Shown here piece after piece: positions 59,971 to 64,000 of a stretch of DNA of 64,000 nucleotides. Numbering within the stretch: the stretch's first letter is position 1; each line of letters starts with the position of its first letter. The stretch is from an uncultured delta proteobacterium (GTDB lineage: Bacteria; Desulfobacterota; Syntrophia; Syntrophales; UBA5619): positions 320,001 to 384,000 of the forward strand of contig CAWFOM010000010.1 of NCBI GenBank assembly GCA_963817385.1. The letters are read 5' to 3'. Below the pieces are notes generated by a model. The model ran no database searches. It had not been told where the DNA came from and saw nothing but the letters and a program-made list of their open reading frames with translations. The translations under genes were made by a program, and so were the position numbers.

Positions 59971-61903
59971 ATGAAGAGGCATCAGGTCATTTTTCAGCCC
60001 TCCGGCAGGCGTGGCGAGATTCCGGAAGGAACAACCATCCTTGAGGCTGCACAGTCACTGGGTGTCGGTATCGAATCGCTCTGCGGGGGAAACGGAAGCT
60101 GCGGAAAGTGCCGTATCAGGATCGAGTCGGGAACCTTCGAGCGGTACGGTATTACCTCGCTTTCCGACCATCTCTCGCCGTTCACCGAAGAGGAGGGTGC
60201 CTTCATCAGCGACAAAGAACGGGCGGAAGGTTTCCGTCTGGCCTGCAACGCCATGATCCGGGGGGATCTCCTCATCGTCGTACCCGAAGAGAGTCGCACC
60301 GGCAGGCAGGTGGTGAGAAAAGAGGCCACAAAACGAGCCATCTCCCTGAATCCGGCGATTCGGCTCTTCCCCGTGAAGCTCGATCCCCCCAGTCTGAGCC
60401 GGCCGCTGGGCGACTACGACCGTCTGGTTGCCGCGCTCGGGGAGCGCTTCGGCATCCCCCGTCCTGCGATCGACTATCCCGCCCTGCGTGCAGCTCCCCG
60501 GCGTCCTCAGGCAGGGGAACTGGCACGTTACCGCGGCCCTCTGGATGGAGCGGGAAATCCTCGCCGTTTTTCCGGGAGAGGTGACGGAGGCGTACGGCCT
60601 CGCCGTCGACGTAGGCACGACCACCGTGGTCGGTTATCTGTGCAGCCTCAGGACCGGTGATGTCATCGCCACCGAATCGCTCATGAATCCCCAAGTCGCC
60701 TACGGCGAGGATGTCATTGCCCGGATCACCTATGCGACTGGACCACCCTTCCGTCGGTCTGGAGAAGCTCAAGGGGGTGATCATCGACTGCTCTGAACCG
60801 ACTCATCCGGGGCGTGACGGCCCAAGCGGGCCTCTCCCCCGCCGATATCCTCGAAGTGACGATGGTCGGAAACACCGTCATGCACCACCTCCTCCTCGGA
60901 ATCGATCCCCGCTACCTGGGGGTCTCACCCTTCACACCGGCCCTCCACCGTTCACTCGACATCAAGGCGCGCGACCTCGGTCTTACGACCCATCCCGCCG
61001 CCAACGTCCACCTGCTTCCCGATCGAGGCGGGCTTCGTCGGGGCCGACAACGTGGGGGTTCTGATCGCGGAGGAGCCCTACCGCCGCGAGGAGATGGTCC
61101 TCATCATCGACGTGGGCACGAACGGCGAGATGATCATGGGAAACCGTGCAAGGCTCCTCTCGGCTTCCTGCGCCACCGGCCCGGCCCTGGAGGGGGCGCA
61201 TATCCGTTTCGGGATGAGGGCCGCCCCCGGGGCGATCGAGCGGATCCGGATCGATCCCGCGACGCGGGAGGTCGCCTTCAAGATCATCGGCGAGGAGCGC
61301 TGGCGGCCGGAGAGCCCGATCACCGGCGCCCGGGGGATCTGCGGCTCCGGGATCATCGACGGGGTGGCCGAACTCTACCGGGCGGGGATCATCGAAAAAA
61401 GCGGCCGCTTCCGGACGGATCTCGCCACGCCGCGTCTTCGGATGAACGACGGCAAGCCGGAGTTCGTCATCGCCTGGCGGGAAGAGACCTCCCTGAACGA
61501 GGAGATCACGATCGGCCAGCAGGATGTCCGGAGCGTGCAGCTTGCCAAAGGCGCCCTCTACACGGGCGCCAAACTGATGATGAAACGCCTGGGGATCGCG
61601 AAGCTGGACCGGGTGATCCTCGCCGGCGCATTCGGGAGCTATATCGACAAGACGGCGGCGATGCGTCTCGGCATGTTTCCCGACTGCAACCTCGAAGGGG
61701 TCTCATCGGTCGGCAACGCGGCGGGCGACGGGGCACGGATCGCTCTCCTCGATCGAGAGAAGCGGGGAGAGGCCGAGACGATCGCCCGGCGGGTGGAATA
61801 TCTCGAGTTGACCACCGAGAAGGATTTCCAGCAGGAGTTCCTGGCGTCCCTGGCTATCCCCCACGAGAGGGACGCCTTCCCCCATCTTCCGCCTTCCGAA
61901 TGA
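59971..61903 (+). CDS. ASKHA-family [2Fe-2S] corrinoid reductive activator (RACo/DUF4445-like; about 4 frameshifts)
   Basis: CGGNGSCGKC..RLAC, VDVGTTT, NPQVAYGEDVIARI, GNTVMHH, IDVGTNGE, ATGPALEG, GICGSG, LAGAFG, VGNAA. Confidence 0.9.
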
Positions 61904-61908
61904 TTATT

Positions 61909-63486
61909 CTACAGATCGTTCCCTGAATAGGAAAGGTTGAAGCTTTTATTGATGAGGGGAAAATCGGGAACGACGTTTCCGACGGCCGCATAACCCAGGG
62001 CGGTCCAGTTCAGGAAGGAAGGATCGCGAACGGAAACGCGGCTGACATCTCCGTGAGCATCGGTCGCAATCAGGTATACGACGTCTCCGCGCCAGCCTTC
62101 CACGATACCGACGGCGTAGGCATTCTTTCTGAATTCATGGACGCACGGCACGTTGACGTCACCCCGTGGCGGCAGATTCCTGAGCGCCCTCCGAATCAGC
62201 CCGATCGAAGAATGGACCTCTTTGACGCGCACGGTGAACCGTGCGTAGACATCGCCGCCATGCTCCGTGGCAACGTCAAGGGGCAGCTTATCATACGCGG
62301 CGTAGGGGTAATCAACCCGCGCGTCGGCGGAAAAACCGACCGCTTTTCCGGCAACGCCGATGACCCCGTGATCACGGGCGGTGCGTGCCTCCAGAATTCC
62401 CGTATTTTTCAGGCGGTTCAGCAGGGAATTGCTATCCAGCGCTACTTCCATGACCTCGGAAAAATCCTTGCGCAATCCTTCCAGTTCCGCATCCAGGCGT
62501 GCGGCAATTTCCGGCGTGATTTCTTCGGATCTCACGCCGCCGATTGTGTTGACTCCCCGCAGAAAACGACTCCCGGTCAGGCGATCGTTCATCTGCATGA
62601 CGATCTCCCGCAAGCGCGCACCGTGAGCTCCGCCGAAGTTGAATCCCGTATCGGTCATGATGGCGCCGATATCCCCCAGGTGGTTGGCAAGTCTCTCAAG
62701 TTCGCAGAAAATGACCCTGAGCCAGCCTGCTTTCTCTCCCGCAGGCGTGTCGGATAATGACTCCAGCGCCAGACAGAAGGCCAGGGAGTGGCTGTACGAG
62801 CTGTCACCGGAAACCCGCTCCGCCAGTTTGATCTTTTCCTGAAGCGGCAGGATTTCGAACAGTTTCTCGATGCCCTTATGGGAATACCCGAGCCTCGGCT
62901 CAAGAAAGAGGATCTCCTCTCCGGCAACGCTGAACCGGAAATGGCCGGGTTCGATAATACCCGCGTGCACCGGCCCGACCGGTATTTCGTATATCCCCTC
63001 ACCGTCCATCTTCCGGAACGGAAATATGCCTGAAGCGAGGGGAGGCCTCGAATTCCAGGCAAAATCTTTCCGCAGGGGAAAGCTATTCTCCGGCCAGTTT
63101 TCATGGAGAATAATGGGTCTCGGATCCGGATGGCCCTGCGGAGTCAACCCGAAAAAGGACTTTATCTTCCTCTCATAGGTTGAGGCCTCATGGATCGAAG
63201 GGGTGAGCGACGGGAAATCCTCTTGTATCCGGATGAAGGGGGCCAGGAATATATTCTCTTTGGGGATGCCGAAGAGATACATGATCCGGAATGAACCGGT
63301 CGCTTCCCGTTCATCGAATGCGGTTATCGTCTTCAGAGGCAGACGATGGCGGCGATACAGCAGCTCACACGCCTGCACGATACCACCCGGCGGCAGCTCG
63401 TAGGCAAATAAATTGCCGTACTGCCGAACTGCCGTTTGCGGCGGGAGGTATTCTTCAATGCGGGTATTTCCAGTCATAGGGTTCAT
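61909..63486 (-). CDS. HyfG/NuoCD-like large subunit of a hydrogenase-related (Ehr) complex, without Ni ligands
   Basis: GHPDPR, GPVHAGIIEPGHFRF, YSHKGIEK, ERVSGD, EGWRG, DPSFLNW, FNLSYSGNDL; no CxxC motifs. Confidence 0.9.
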   Translation of the reverse strand: MNPMTGNTRIEEYLPPQTAVRQYGNLFAYELPPGGIVQACELLYRRHRLPLKTITAFDEREATGSFRIMYLFGIPKENIFLAPFIRIQEDFPSLTPSIHEASTYERKIKSFFGLTPQGHPDPRPIILHENWPENSFPLRKDFAWNSRPPLASGIFPFRKMDGEGIYEIPVGPVHAGIIEPGHFRFSVAGEEILFLEPRLGYSHKGIEKLFEILPLQEKIKLAERVSGDSSYSHSLAFCLALESLSDTPAGEKAGWLRVIFCELERLANHLGDIGAIMTDTGFNFGGAHGARLREIVMQMNDRLTGSRFLRGVNTIGGVRSEEITPEIAARLDAELEGLRKDFSEVMEVALDSNSLLNRLKNTGILEARTARDHGVIGVAGKAVGFSADARVDYPYAAYDKLPLDVATEHGGDVYARFTVRVKEVHSSIGLIRRALRNLPPRGDVNVPCVHEFRKNAYAVGIVEGWRGDVVYLIATDAHGDVSRVSVRDPSFLNWTALGYAAVGNVVPDFPLINKSFNLSYSGNDL

Positions 63487-64000
63487 CAATGAATGAGCGC
63501 CACCGCCGCATTGATCCATGTTTTCAGCGGCTCCGGCAGGAAAATACTGAACGTTATCAAAAGCGCCAGCAGGACAACCGGCGGAACGATCGTCAGGGCG
63601 TTCGCCTCTCCCCGCTCCACGGGATCCGGGGGTTTGCCAAACACCATCGCCGCAATAAACCGCAAAAATCCCACAAAGATCAGCGCCAGCAGGAGAAGCG
63701 CGATGATGACGACCAGGGGATGCGAGGCGATGCCGGCGGTCAGGATATAGACCTCGGTCAGGAAAAGACCGAAAGGAGGCACGCCGGTGATCGCCAAAAA
63801 GGTCGAAAACAATACCGTTCCGGTTACCGGGAGCGCCGTCAGGACGCCTCTGACATTCGCGATCTTGGTAGAGCCGTATTTCAATAGGACATTACCCGCC
63901 GAAAAGAACAGGATGGATTTGGCCAGGGAATGGTAGATCATGTGCAAAAGCGCGGCGAATGAGCCCATGCCGCCGAAGCCGAAACCGAGTGTGATAATGC
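63486..64000 (-). CDS. HyfF-like (NuoL/MrpD-type) proton-translocating membrane subunit, partial
   Basis: HSLAKSILFFSAG, AITGVPPFGLFLTE; truncated by window end. Confidence 0.88.
   Translation of the reverse strand, partial: IITLGFGFGGMGSFAALLHMIYHSLAKSILFFSAGNVLLKYGSTKIANVRGVLTALPVTGTVLFSTFLAITGVPPFGLFLTEVYILTAGIASHPLVVIIALLLLALIFVGFLRFIAAMVFGKPPDPVERGEANALTIVPPVVLLALLITFSIFLPEPLKTWINAAVALIH

Noticed and set aside
60780..60820. Selenocysteine read-through at a TGA in the ASKHA gene and other redox genes
   Set aside because: Breaks resolve by a frame change, not by in-frame TGA read-through at a Cys position

Overview
GC-rich anaerobic bacterial chromosome segment. Gene content (secDF, pyrR-pyrB-pyrC, recO-glyQS, mlaEFD, mutS, iorAB, flavodiiron protein/rubredoxin/rubrerythrin, paaK, queF, an Ehr/Hyf-like complex, a sigma54 promoter) suggests a Desulfobacterota/Syntrophales-like deltaproteobacterium; this is inference. 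Most of it is housekeeping and anaerobic metabolism, with one tRNA-Asn and a PyrR attenuator. I saw no CRISPR array, integrase or transposase. About 16 genes, including essential glyS, are split by apparent single-base insertions; these most likely are sequencing errors, so the genes are reported as joined CDSs. Best candidate for an undescribed system: a ~10.6 kb GntR-controlled operon (29.1-39.8 kb). It encodes a tripartite tricarboxylate transporter, a CooF-like ferredoxin, a CO-dehydrogenase-fold protein that keeps B-cluster Cys but has lost the D-cluster and most Ni-Fe C-cluster ligands, an FAD/NAD oxidoreductase, an unknown Fe-S/metal-protein pair, a beta-hydroxyacid dehydrogenase and a TauE exporter. 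Second candidate: a sigma54 promoter with three 20-bp-phased upstream boxes driving a 21-aa ORF that ends in a chemoreceptor-type pentapeptide (DFKDF), then cheW and a small HTH gene. Also present: an unannotated Lys-rich desulforedoxin-like microprotein and two kinds of ~115-125 bp palindromic intergenic elements.
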